From the NCBI GenBank assembly GCA_963718615.1, contig OY970368.1, positions 1,024,001 through 1,088,000 of the forward strand: 64,000 nt of DNA, given 5' to 3'. Source of the DNA: an uncultured cyanobacterium. Lineage in GTDB: Bacteria > Cyanobacteriota > Cyanobacteriia > PCC-9006 > JAAUQQ01. The notes beneath the pieces were generated by a model. The model was given only the letters and a program-made list of their open reading frames with translations, made no database searches and was not told the origin of the DNA. Position numbers and translations under genes: made by a program. This document shows positions 11,653 through 21,301 of the stretch, one piece after another (within the stretch, counting starts at the first letter, position 1; each line of letters opens with the position of its first letter).

Positions 11653-12705
11653 CTACGGCAAGGCCCCAGGGAGATTGCTAGGATTTTGGGATGAATCTTG
11701 ATGATGAACATCAGCCGACCGCTCACCCAGTTGGTTCAGCCAATCCAGCAAGAGACCATTGACCTGCTCCGGACATTCGTCATGGGGACAATGGCCTGCG
11801 TCTTCCAGTTCAACCCAGCGAATGCGAGGATTGAGCGCCGCCAGCTTAGGAGCCAACAAGGGCGGTACCAGCAGATCCTGTTTTCCCCAGATCAAGAGCA
11901 TCGGTACAGTGAGCTGGGGCAAAACCGATCGCGCCCGGTACGGCGCAGGGACATTGCCCACAAATCGCGTCATGGCCCGCAGCGCCTGTCGAGAACCGCG
12001 ATGGTAAGGGGGAAGACCCAAAATATCCATCAGTTCCGGATCCACGACGGTGGGGTTGCGATAGGCTTTCTTGGCCCAAAACGTCAGAATTTGGCGGCGG
12101 CGAATGGCGATCAGCAGGGGATTAATCACCAGGGGCGAGGTAAAGACATAGCGCAGCGGGCGGGTCAGCGGACTGAGCAGTTGGAAAAACAGACGCCGCA
12201 GCCTTTGGCCACCGAGGGACAGGTCCGGCCCCAGGACGGAGGAATCTGGTAAATTAATCCAGGCCAGCGCCTGAACCATGGCAGGATAGCGAGCGGCGAC
12301 CATCATCGCCGTCACGGAGCCCAGGGAGTTCCCAACGAGGATAGTAGGTTGGTCAATAAAGGTTTGCCAAAAATCATGGACCTGTTCTGCCCAGAAGAGT
12401 GGACTGTAGGGGGCGTGGGCCTTTTCTGAGTTCCCAAACCCCAGGAGATCTAAGGCATAAACGGGGTGGTGTTGGCTTAAGGCTTCTAGGTTATAACGCC
12501 AATGCCCAAGAGCAGCCCCAAATCCGTGGATGAGCAAGATAGGTGGGGCTGCAACTGTGACCTCTCGGGGGCGAAGAAAGGTATACCGAACCCGTCGCCC
12601 ACGCCAGTACCAATCTCGCTGATACCCCAATCGAGGAATCGGTAATTCGGATTGAGGAAAGTGTGAGGAGAAAGTTACGGAGGTCATCACTCTAGTGTGC
12701 CACAA
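11653..12705 (-). CDS. Alpha/beta fold hydrolase
   Basis: LLIHGFGA, DLLGFG, GNSLG nucleophile elbow, AGHCPHDE. Confidence 0.9.
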   Translation of the reverse strand: MWHTRVMTSVTFSSHFPQSELPIPRLGYQRDWYWRGRRVRYTFLRPREVTVAAPPILLIHGFGAALGHWRYNLEALSQHHPVYALDLLGFGNSEKAHAPYSPLFWAEQVHDFWQTFIDQPTILVGNSLGSVTAMMVAARYPAMVQALAWINLPDSSVLGPDLSLGGQRLRRLFFQLLSPLTRPLRYVFTSPLVINPLLIAIRRRQILTFWAKKAYRNPTVVDPELMDILGLPPYHRGSRQALRAMTRFVGNVPAPYRARSVLPQLTVPMLLIWGKQDLLVPPLLAPKLAALNPRIRWVELEDAGHCPHDECPEQVNGLLLDWLNQLGERSADVHHQDSSQNPSNLPGALP

Positions 12706-12714
12706 AGGGAGGAG

Positions 12715-13935
12715 TTAACGATTGGCCAGGAGGCGATCGAGGCGATCGGCATAGCCGGTGAGTTCGACATAGCCTTGGGCCGTGACGGGCTGGGTGTGGA
12801 TCTGACCGCTAAAGGCCACGGCCCCTTCCCAATAGGTTGCTGTGGCGGTGTTGAGCTCCTGGTCTGCCAGTTGGGCCTGTCCTTGCAAATCAAGGCCCCA
12901 TTGGGGGAGGGCGATCGCCCACCGAGCCGGATAAATCGCCCCACTTCTCGGACTTTTCCAGGTTTTTTGCACATCGATCTGCCAGTCTCCAGGGCTGAGC
13001 TGAACCGTCGAGCCATCCGCCTGGATCAACGTCCCGCCGGAGGTGGGCTCCAAGCTGCCGTCTTGATGCCGCAGCCCATAGAGCATGAGCGCCATGCCAT
13101 TGTCCAACTGTAGCGAAAACCAATCCCAGCCCACGGTGCCAGCACTCAGGGCACTGGTGGAATACTCGTGGTCCTTCCAGGTAATTCCGCTCACGGGGTA
13201 GGTTTGGTCACCGACCGTAATTTTCCCGGTGGTGGGCTGCTGGACCATGGAGTAGTAATACGAAGCATTCCCCGATTCGCGCCCCTTCTGGCTGAGGCCG
13301 CGATCGCCCTGTAAAATCGGCGGCAAGGTTTGGCTGACGACCAGATCGATGGCCGTTGCTGCGGACTGAGCCTGGAGGCGGACTTGGTTGGGGGCGATCG
13401 CCTCAGCGGACCAGTCCTCTAGCCACACTTGATAGGGATCTGCTGCGGCACCGGCCAAGCCAACAGCGCCTCGGCTATAGCGCTCGTAGGGATAGAACTG
13501 CTGAGCTTCGATGTCGCTGAGGGTGAAGTGGGCGGAGTAGAGTTGGGGGGTGCGCCAGGGGGAGGGGGATTGGGGGGGTGGGGGGGCGATCGCTGAGCGA
13601 AAGAATGTGAGCTGATAGCCGAAGGGGCGTCCGGTTTCCGTCTTGAGGTTGCCGGTGTAGTACCACCACTCGGTTTGAAAGTCCGCATGGGGACCGAGAT
13701 CCCGAGGAAATTGGATTTGGTTGGGCTGAGTTGCGTGGGTAAAGCGTTGGGTTTGAAGGGAGGGTTGATTCAGCCAGGTGAGCTGTTGGTTTCCGGCCCA
13801 GACTAATGGGGTTCCCCCCAGGCCCCAGGCGAAGAGTGTGAGCAACAGCAGGGCGCAGGAGCGCCGCCACAGCCGACCGAGCAGCGACTCTGATATCAGC
13901 CCAGGTAAACGAAAAAGCAACCGACATAAAACCAC
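12715..13935 (-). CDS. Secreted lipocalin-like/CrtC-AttH family protein
   Basis: FPRDLGPH...EWWYYTGNL, ASYYYS, WKDHEYS, GWDWFSLQL, YWEGAV, GYVELTGY. Confidence 0.85.
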   Translation of the reverse strand: MVLCRLLFRLPGLISESLLGRLWRRSCALLLLTLFAWGLGGTPLVWAGNQQLTWLNQPSLQTQRFTHATQPNQIQFPRDLGPHADFQTEWWYYTGNLKTETGRPFGYQLTFFRSAIAPPPPQSPSPWRTPQLYSAHFTLSDIEAQQFYPYERYSRGAVGLAGAAADPYQVWLEDWSAEAIAPNQVRLQAQSAATAIDLVVSQTLPPILQGDRGLSQKGRESGNASYYYSMVQQPTTGKITVGDQTYPVSGITWKDHEYSTSALSAGTVGWDWFSLQLDNGMALMLYGLRHQDGSLEPTSGGTLIQADGSTVQLSPGDWQIDVQKTWKSPRSGAIYPARWAIALPQWGLDLQGQAQLADQELNTATATYWEGAVAFSGQIHTQPVTAQGYVELTGYADRLDRLLANR

Positions 13936-14330
13936 GGTAACGATCCCCTAGCAGCAGCAACAGCGCATTTCCTTTATTATTTTAGGGAGCTTTACGAAGA
14001 AATGCTGAACGACGACCATGGCTGAGCTACGGACTTTGAGTATCAATAGCCTTATCAAAACTCGTAAATCTCACATTTTTGAACAAGCAGAGCATCGTAA
14101 ATTCTCGATGAATTGAGCCAAATGACTATCGGCATTTAGGGTTGAAACAAGCAACTACTTTAGCTTGAAAAATGAGCCCGAAAAAATCAGATTAATAGGA
14201 TTTCAAGCTTGAATGGGCTCAGGAAATTAAGCTGAAATGCTTTCAAAAAGTTTTTGGCGGATTTGATTCGGGCATGCTGAAGAAAGATAAGTTCATGAAC
14301 CATTGGCCTTGCATTTCTCCTGAGGATTGA

Positions 14331-15275
14331 ATGATGTTGATGACCCAGCAAAAGTATCGCCTTGTCACACGCAGTGACTTTGACGGTTTAGTCTGTGCGG
14401 TTCTCCTTAAAGACCTGGGAATGATCGATGAAATTAAATTCGTTCATCCTAAGGACATGCAGGATGGCAAGGTTGAGATTAGCGATCGCGACATCACCAC
14501 CAACCTGCCCTACGTTCCGGGTGTCCATCTGGCCTTTGATCACCATGCCAGTGAAACAATCCGTAATTTTGGCATTGAAAAAGACCAGTATGTGATTGAC
14601 TCTGAAGCCCCGTCAGCGGCCCGCGTTGTCTATGAGTACTTTGGGGGAGCCGCAGCATTTCCCAATATTTCTAGAGAAATGATGCTCGCCGTAGATAAGG
14701 CTGATGCGGCACAGTTTTCGATTGAGGAAATCCTTAATCCTAATCAGTGGGTATTATTAAACTTCTTGATGGACGCCCGCACTGGTTTAGGCCGATTCAA
14801 GGATTTCCGTATTTCTAACTATCAACTGATGATGGAGTTGATTGACTATTGTAAATCCCACACTATTGATGAGATTCTAGCGCTACCGGATGTTCAAGAA
14901 CGGATAGAGCTCTATTTTGAACAGGATATCAAGTTCAAGCAACAGGTTCTGCGTTGTGCAAAGATCTATAAAAACTTAATTGTCTTAGATCTGCGTCAAG
15001 AAGAACTCATCTATGCCGGGAATCGGTTTATGGTGTATGCGCTTTTCCCCTATTGCAATATTTCAATCCATGTTCTGTGGGGATTACGGCAGCAAAATAC
15101 AGTCTTGGCTGTGGGTAAATCCATTGTTCGGCGCACCTCTCACACCAACATTGGCGATTTGATGCTGGAGTATGGAGGGGGTGGACATGCCAATGCGGGC
15201 ACTTGCCAGATCGAAAATGACCAGGCGGAGACGGTTTTGCAGGCGTTGATTGCCCAAATTAATGCGGAAGGTTAG
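14331..15275 (+). CDS. DHH-family phosphoesterase (exopolyphosphatase/NrnA-like)
   Basis: RSDFDGL, FDHH, GGGGHANAG motifs. Confidence 0.88.
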   Translation: MMLMTQQKYRLVTRSDFDGLVCAVLLKDLGMIDEIKFVHPKDMQDGKVEISDRDITTNLPYVPGVHLAFDHHASETIRNFGIEKDQYVIDSEAPSAARVVYEYFGGAAAFPNISREMMLAVDKADAAQFSIEEILNPNQWVLLNFLMDARTGLGRFKDFRISNYQLMMELIDYCKSHTIDEILALPDVQERIELYFEQDIKFKQQVLRCAKIYKNLIVLDLRQEELIYAGNRFMVYALFPYCNISIHVLWGLRQQNTVLAVGKSIVRRTSHTNIGDLMLEYGGGGHANAGTCQIENDQAETVLQALIAQINAEG

Positions 15276-15338
15276 TCGCGGGTTAGTCGCGGGTTCGCCA
15301 TTGCAGGCTGCAACCCCAAACTGTGATAAAACCTAGGC

Positions 15339-16526
15339 ATGAAATTCCATGCCGTGATCCAAGAGGCGATCGCAACCGCGATCGCAGCCGTTCATCCGGG
15401 TTTAGCGATTCAGCGTTATCTTCGGCGGGATGGCGATGTGCTATGGGTGCAGGACAAATCCTATTTGCTGTCGGAGCTGGATGTTCGCCTAGTTGCCGTG
15501 GGCAAAGGTGCCATCCCCATGGCTGAAGCCCTGGCTGAGCTCGTGGGGGATGTGGTGAGTCAGGCCCTTGTCATTACGAAATCTGATCATATTGGCCAAG
15601 TGCAGTTGCCGTCCCACTGGCAAGTTTTAGAAGCGGCCCACCCGGTGCCCGATAAAAATAGCGTTTTGGCGGGCGATCGCGTCATGCAGTTAATTCGCGA
15701 TTGCACCGAGCGTAGCTTGATCATTGCCGGGATTTCCGGGGGGGCATCCGCCCTACTGGTTGCGCCGGAGCCCCATATTTCCCTCAAAACGCTGCAAACG
15801 ATTAATGAGGCTTTGCTCAAAAGTGGGGTTGATATTCAGGAAATGAATGCGGTTCGCTCACGGCTCGATCAACTCAAGGGCGGTGGATTCGTCCAGCTTG
15901 CTCAGCCGGGACAGGTGCTGGGATTCATTTTATCGGATGTGATCGGTGACGCCATCCCGGTCATTGCCTCCGGATTAACCCACCATCCTAAGGCTCAGAA
16001 TTGGCTGGTGGGCAATAATGCCCAGGCTTGTATGGCGGCAGCTCAAGTCTTTGAACGCGAGGGCTATCAGGTAAAGATTGTGACAACGGACCTAGCGGGA
16101 GAAGCCCAGGCGCGAGGTCGAGACATTGCCCAGCAGATTGTCCAACAGCCAGCGGGGACGGTGCTGATTTATGGGGGTGAAACGACGGTCACGATTCCAC
16201 CAGAGTCCCAGGGACGGGGGGGACGCAATCAAGAGTTGGCTCTAGGGGCAGCGATCGCCCTCGGTCAACAGTCCATCCCGGCAACCCTCGTCACCCTCGC
16301 CACGGATGGAACCGATGGACCCACGGATGCGGCAGGAGCTATAGTTGACACCACAACGATTAGCCAAGCTCTGAATCAGGGCCTCGACCCGCAGTCTGCG
16401 CTGGAACAGCACGATAGCTATCCGTTGCTGGCCCAACTGGGTTGTCTGATCAAAACCCACCCCACGGGTACAAATGTTGCAGACCTTGCGATCGCCATCA
16501 CGCCCCAGGGCAACGAACCGGTCTAA
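15339..16526 (+). CDS. Glycerate kinase type 2 (DUF4147 + MOFRL)
   Basis: VAVGKGA, AAHPVPD, ISGGASAL, SDVIGD, GGETTV, GRGGRNQE, TDGTDG, TGTNVAD. Confidence 0.9.
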   Translation: MKFHAVIQEAIATAIAAVHPGLAIQRYLRRDGDVLWVQDKSYLLSELDVRLVAVGKGAIPMAEALAELVGDVVSQALVITKSDHIGQVQLPSHWQVLEAAHPVPDKNSVLAGDRVMQLIRDCTERSLIIAGISGGASALLVAPEPHISLKTLQTINEALLKSGVDIQEMNAVRSRLDQLKGGGFVQLAQPGQVLGFILSDVIGDAIPVIASGLTHHPKAQNWLVGNNAQACMAAAQVFEREGYQVKIVTTDLAGEAQARGRDIAQQIVQQPAGTVLIYGGETTVTIPPESQGRGGRNQELALGAAIALGQQSIPATLVTLATDGTDGPTDAAGAIVDTTTISQALNQGLDPQSALEQHDSYPLLAQLGCLIKTHPTGTNVADLAIAITPQGNEPV

Positions 16527-16683
16527 ACCGTACCCCCCCAAACGTTAAAAAACGTACCGTTTCGCCACAGTCCTCAGTCCTACGGCCTATAACGGAAGAG
16601 GGAGGGTTGAAGTTCGATTTTGGCGATTTGCCGATGCCGCTTCAGCGTCCGTCGAATCATAAGGAGCCTTAGGAGCCCTGAAA

Positions 16684-18081
16684 ATGGGAATTGCCAGCAT
16701 TAACCCAGCGACCGGGCAGGTGATGCGCGAATTTACACCCTTGAGCGCGACTGCGTTAGAGGAGAAGCTAGAACGCGCTGCCCGAACGTTTCAGACCTAT
16801 CGCCAAACCTCGTTTGCTGAGCGATCGCAATGGCTCAATCAAGCTGCTGATCTCCTGGAGGCCCGTCAACAGGCATTGGCCACCACCATGACCGAGGAAA
16901 TGGGAAAACCGCTGAGGGCAGCGATCGCAGAGGTCGAAAAATGCGCCTGGGTCTGTCGCTTCTATGCCGACCAGGCCGAAACTTTCCTGGCGGATGCCCC
17001 AGCCTCAACCGATGCCAGCCAAAGCTTTGTGCGCTATCTGCCCCTGGGGCCAGTGCTGGCCGTCATGCCCTGGAATTTTCCCTTTTGGCAGGTGTTTCGG
17101 TTTGCCGCTCCGGCGCTGATGGCTGGGAATGTGGGCTTGCTCAAACATGCCTCGAATGTCCCTCAATGCGCCTTGGAGATTGAAGACATTTTTAAGGCAG
17201 CGGGCTATCCGGAGGGCGCGTTTCAGACGCTGCTCATTCCCGGTGATCAAGTCGCCGCTGTCGTTGCAGATGATCGCATTGTCGCAGCAACTTTAACCGG
17301 TAGCGAAGCGGCGGGGGCCAGTCTGGCAGCAGCGGCGGGGAAGGCTTTGAAGCCAACGGTGTTGGAGCTGGGCGGCAGCGATCCCTTTATTGTGACGGCG
17401 AGTGCAGCGTTAGAGGAGGCGATCGCCACTGCCGCCACCGCCCGCTTGCTCAACAATGGTCAATCCTGCATCGCCGCCAAACGCTTTATTTTGCTTGAAC
17501 CGATCGCGGCAGCCTTTACCCAAGGCCTAGTCGAAAAATTCCAAGCCCTGCGCCTGGGTGATCCGATGGAGGCAACCACAGACATCGGCCCCCTAGCCAC
17601 GCCCGAGATTGCAAAGGAGTTGGCGACACAAGTACAAGCCTGTGTTGACCAAGGGGCTGAGGTTTTAGTGGGAGGTCCTGTTGCCCTAGAAAGTCTTGCC
17701 TCGCAGCTTTCACCGGAGTTAGTCACCAACAATTTCTATCCCCCGACGATTTTGCATCAGCTACCACCGGGTTGTCCGGCCTACCAGGAGGAGTTCTTTG
17801 GACCCGTGGCGCTGCTGTTTACGGTGGCGAGCTTGGAGGAGGCGATCGCCCTCGCCAATTCCACCCCCTTTGGTCTCGGAGCCAGCGCCTGGACCCAAGA
17901 CCCCGCCGAACAGGAGCGCTGCATCAATCAACTGGAAGCCGGTGCGGTGTTTATTAATGGCTTGGTCAAATCCGATCCGCGCCTGCCCTTTGGCGGTATT
18001 AAGCGCTCCGGCTATGGTCGGGAACTCGCTGGCGAAGGGATTCGCGCCTTTGTCAATGCCAAAACCGTTTGGGTGAGGTAA
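16684..18081 (+). CDS. gabD: NAD(P)-dependent succinate-semialdehyde dehydrogenase
   Basis: ALDH motifs MPWNFPFWQ, LELGGSD, NNGQSCIA, EEFFGP, PFGGIKRSGYG; adjacent to an OgdA-like gene. Confidence 0.9.
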   Translation: MGIASINPATGQVMREFTPLSATALEEKLERAARTFQTYRQTSFAERSQWLNQAADLLEARQQALATTMTEEMGKPLRAAIAEVEKCAWVCRFYADQAETFLADAPASTDASQSFVRYLPLGPVLAVMPWNFPFWQVFRFAAPALMAGNVGLLKHASNVPQCALEIEDIFKAAGYPEGAFQTLLIPGDQVAAVVADDRIVAATLTGSEAAGASLAAAAGKALKPTVLELGGSDPFIVTASAALEEAIATAATARLLNNGQSCIAAKRFILLEPIAAAFTQGLVEKFQALRLGDPMEATTDIGPLATPEIAKELATQVQACVDQGAEVLVGGPVALESLASQLSPELVTNNFYPPTILHQLPPGCPAYQEEFFGPVALLFTVASLEEAIALANSTPFGLGASAWTQDPAEQERCINQLEAGAVFINGLVKSDPRLPFGGIKRSGYGRELAGEGIRAFVNAKTVWVR

Positions 18082-18120
18082 GGAATTCAGTCGGGAATTC
18101 AGTCAGGAATTCAGTCGGAA
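18082..18120 (+). repeat. 12-bp tandem repeat GGAATTCAGTC(G/A), 3 copies
   Basis: Read directly from the sequence just after the gabD stop. Confidence 0.85.
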
Positions 18121-18152
18121 ATCAAGTCTTTAGGATCAAGGAACTCGGCAAA

Positions 18153-19790
18153 ATGAATACAGCGGAACTGTTGGTGGCCTGTCTGGAGAATGAAGGCGTA
18201 GAGTATATTTTTGGGGTGCCGGGCGAAGAAAATTTGCACGTTCTTGAAGCGCTCAACGGCTCTAGCATTCGGTTCATTACCACCCGCCATGAGCAGGGGG
18301 CGGCATTTATGGCCGATGTCTATGGGCGCTTGACCGGGCGAGCGGGAGTTTGTCTTTCGACCCTAGGACCAGGGGCAACCAATTTGATGACCGGTGTTGC
18401 AGACGCAAATTTGGACGGGGCTCCACTGGTGGCGTTGACCGGGCAGGTGGGCACGGACCGGATGCATATCGAATCCCATCAATATCTCGACTTGGTGGCA
18501 ATGTTTGCTCCGGTAACCCGGTGGAATACGCAAATTGTGCGGCCCAGCAATACGCCGGAAATTGTGCGGAAGGCCTTTAGGCGATCGCAATCCGAAAAAC
18601 CCGGTGCGGTCCATATCGATTTGCCCGAGAACATCGCCGCGATGGAAGCCCTTGGTAAACCCCTCCTCATTGAAACCCCAGAAACCACAGTTGCTCCCGA
18701 GCGTAGCCTCAATGCCGCTGCCCATCTGATTTCCCAAGCGAAACATCCCCTAATTTTGGCGGGCAATGGCGTGATTCGCAGTCAAGCCAGCGCGGCCTTG
18801 ACGGTATTTGCTAACCAGCTCCAGATTCCAGTTGTCAATACATTTATGGGCAAAGGAGCGATTCCCTACGAGCACCCCCTGTCCCTCTGGACCGTTGGGC
18901 TTCAGCAGCGAGATCATATTAACTGCGGGCTCGATCGCGCCGATTTGATTGTAACCGTCGGGTATGACCTGATCGAATATTCCCCCAAACGCTGGAACCC
19001 GGATGGGACTTTACCCATTCTCCACATTGCCGAAGCCCCTGCCGAGGTAGACAGCAGCTACATTCCGAAAGTGGAAATTGTTGGGGATTTATCGGATGCG
19101 CTGGCGGAATTGTTGAAACGGAGCGATCGCCCCAGTCAACCTGACCCCTACACCGCCCAACTGCGCCGAACCCTGGTGGAAGACTACGAGCAATACGCCC
19201 TAGACGACGGCTTCCCGGTCAAGCCCCAGAAAATTATTTATGATCTCCGCACGGTTCTGGGTCCTGAAGATATTGTGCTTTCCGATGTGGGGGCACACAA
19301 AATGTGGATGGCGCGGCATTACCACTGCACAAAACCCAATACCTGTCTGATTTCCAATGGTTTCGCTGCCATGGGGATCGCGATCCCCGGTGCTCTGGCG
19401 GCGAAGCTGGTTTACCCCGATCGCAAAGTGGTTGCGGTCACGGGGGATGGCGGCTTTATGATGAACTGTCAGGAGCTAGAAACAGCGCTGCGGGTGGGAA
19501 CGGCGTTTGTGGTGCTGATTTTCAACGATGGAGGCTATGGCCTGATCGAATGGAAACAGCAAAATCAATTTGGTCACGCATCCCACGTTCATTTTGGTAA
19601 CCCTGACTTTGTCCAATTCGCCCACAGCATGGGCCTGATGGGCTATCGAGTGGAGACCGCCCAGGAACTGTTGCCGACGCTCAAGGAGGCCTTAGCCCAG
19701 TCCGTGCCTGCCATCATCGATTGCCCGGTGGATTACCGCGAGAACCTCAAGTTCAGCCAAAAGGCCAGCCAGTTAATTTGTCAACTCTAG
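18153..19790 (+). CDS. ogdA: ThDP-dependent 2-oxoglutarate decarboxylase (acetolactate synthase-like family)
   Basis: MNTAELLV...FGVPGEEN, RHEQGAAFMA, GDGGFMMN ThDP motif. The pairing with SSADH matches the cyanobacterial TCA-bypass locus. Confidence 0.75.
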   Translation: MNTAELLVACLENEGVEYIFGVPGEENLHVLEALNGSSIRFITTRHEQGAAFMADVYGRLTGRAGVCLSTLGPGATNLMTGVADANLDGAPLVALTGQVGTDRMHIESHQYLDLVAMFAPVTRWNTQIVRPSNTPEIVRKAFRRSQSEKPGAVHIDLPENIAAMEALGKPLLIETPETTVAPERSLNAAAHLISQAKHPLILAGNGVIRSQASAALTVFANQLQIPVVNTFMGKGAIPYEHPLSLWTVGLQQRDHINCGLDRADLIVTVGYDLIEYSPKRWNPDGTLPILHIAEAPAEVDSSYIPKVEIVGDLSDALAELLKRSDRPSQPDPYTAQLRRTLVEDYEQYALDDGFPVKPQKIIYDLRTVLGPEDIVLSDVGAHKMWMARHYHCTKPNTCLISNGFAAMGIAIPGALAAKLVYPDRKVVAVTGDGGFMMNCQELETALRVGTAFVVLIFNDGGYGLIEWKQQNQFGHASHVHFGNPDFVQFAHSMGLMGYRVETAQELLPTLKEALAQSVPAIIDCPVDYRENLKFSQKASQLICQL

Positions 19791-19824
19791 GGATAATGGA
19801 TTGCGGACGTTCCGCCGAACGTCC

Positions 19825-20586
19825 CTAGCGTTTGCGCCGAGCCACGCGCCGCCCTAACCCGGCAATCCCCAAAAGACCCAGCACCGCCGAAGGTTCTGGC
19901 ACTTTGGTCGGACCGTCATCGGGCCGCATATAGGCATACTTAGACGTAGATCCAGGTAAGGGGCTGGCCGCTCCGAGGGTGACATTATCGAAGCCAATGC
20001 GCCGTGCTGCCCCTTCAAAGCTCACCGAGTAAGCAACGCCCTCAAAACTGGTCCCCGCCGGGAGAAACGGACTAAATTGTCCGGTGGGATCAGGAGCCCC
20101 ATTCAGCGGAGTTTTGGGTAAATCAAAGCTGGCGAGCAGATTGCCTGCGCCATCAAGACCGTCATAAATATTCACCTTGCCGGGGAGGGCGATCGCCGAA
20201 TAATACAGCGAAAACCCCTTTTGAAACCCGCTCTCCATATTCATGATGGCAGCGGGACCGGACCGAAAGAACAGCACCGTGTCTGGGGTTGCCTCACCTC
20301 CAAAATTACCCGATTGCCCCCCGTCGTCGGCATCGATCAAGGCTAGGGCGTTTTCACTGAAGGTAATGCCAAAATCGAAACCCGAGTAGCTACCGGAGCC
20401 GCCGGGACCTCCAGCATAAAACTCACCAATGGTTTCAAAATCGGCTAGACCTTCAAAATCTAGAACGAACGGGTTATTCGGAGGAGCGGCGATCGCCAGC
20501 TCGGAACTTGCTGTAATGGCCACAGCTAGGCCAGCACAAGAGCGAACTAAAGAGAGGATCAGGCTTTGTCTATTGGGGGGGCTCAT
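19825..20586 (-). CDS. PEP-CTERM sorting-domain surface protein
   Basis: N-terminal signal peptide and C-terminal VPEPSAVLGLLGIAGLGRRVARRKR. Confidence 0.92.
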   Translation of the reverse strand: MSPPNRQSLILSLVRSCAGLAVAITASSELAIAAPPNNPFVLDFEGLADFETIGEFYAGGPGGSGSYSGFDFGITFSENALALIDADDGGQSGNFGGEATPDTVLFFRSGPAAIMNMESGFQKGFSLYYSAIALPGKVNIYDGLDGAGNLLASFDLPKTPLNGAPDPTGQFSPFLPAGTSFEGVAYSVSFEGAARRIGFDNVTLGAASPLPGSTSKYAYMRPDDGPTKVPEPSAVLGLLGIAGLGRRVARRKR

Positions 20587-21220
20587 CGTGTGGCAAACAA
20601 GAAATGAGAACTCAAGCGCTTGGTAGACATCTCACCTGAAACGGCTTTTTGACACCCCGTCGAAGGAAAATAACCTTCGACGACCCCGTTAAACTACGGA
20701 GAAAATTTGACACAAAGTCCAAAATCAAGGCTAGCCTTTCCCAACGAAGACCTACAATGGCTTTCCCGAATCTTGACAAAACCTTCATCGAAGGCTTTAC
20801 ATTCTGGAAAAATGTTTTATGAGCGTTCCTCGACTCAACTTGTGGGGAAAGCTCATAGAACAATTAAGGTCGCACCCGATTACTCATTTCCCTTCAAAGA
20901 CGATCCATCCGCTTAAAAGTTTCAAAATAGTTTTCTAGGGCTCAAGTAAATTTTGAAAGGGCGATCGCTAACAGCCCCCTTAAACCCTTCAAGAAACCCT
21001 TCAAGAACATCTCTAGAAATGTTCTTAAAATTACATCGCGATCGCCAACCTCATCAGTATTTTCTCAACAATAATCGCGTCAGTTGACCAAGGATAACTT
21101 GAGTCAAAATGCAAGCATCTAAGGGATGACATTGCAACGAGATGTCTATGCCCTAAACATTTTGTAGAAATTCACGTAACATCCTGTAGAAAAACGAAAA
21201 ATTTCATGGTCCTGGCTTTT

Positions 21221-21262
21221 CTTAAACAGGCGATCGCGCTTCCTTAATCTGAAAGTGATAAT
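21221..21262 (+). promoter_or_regulatory. Candidate Pho box (SphR/PhoB) and -10 element
   Basis: CTTAAACA (21221) and CTTAATCT (21243) are 22 nt apart (2 x 11), followed by GATAAT at 21257, upstream of the phosphatase gene. Confidence 0.5.
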
Positions 21263-21301
21263 TTTCACCTCGGCACTGAAAGACTGAGGAGTCTGGGTTA
21301 C

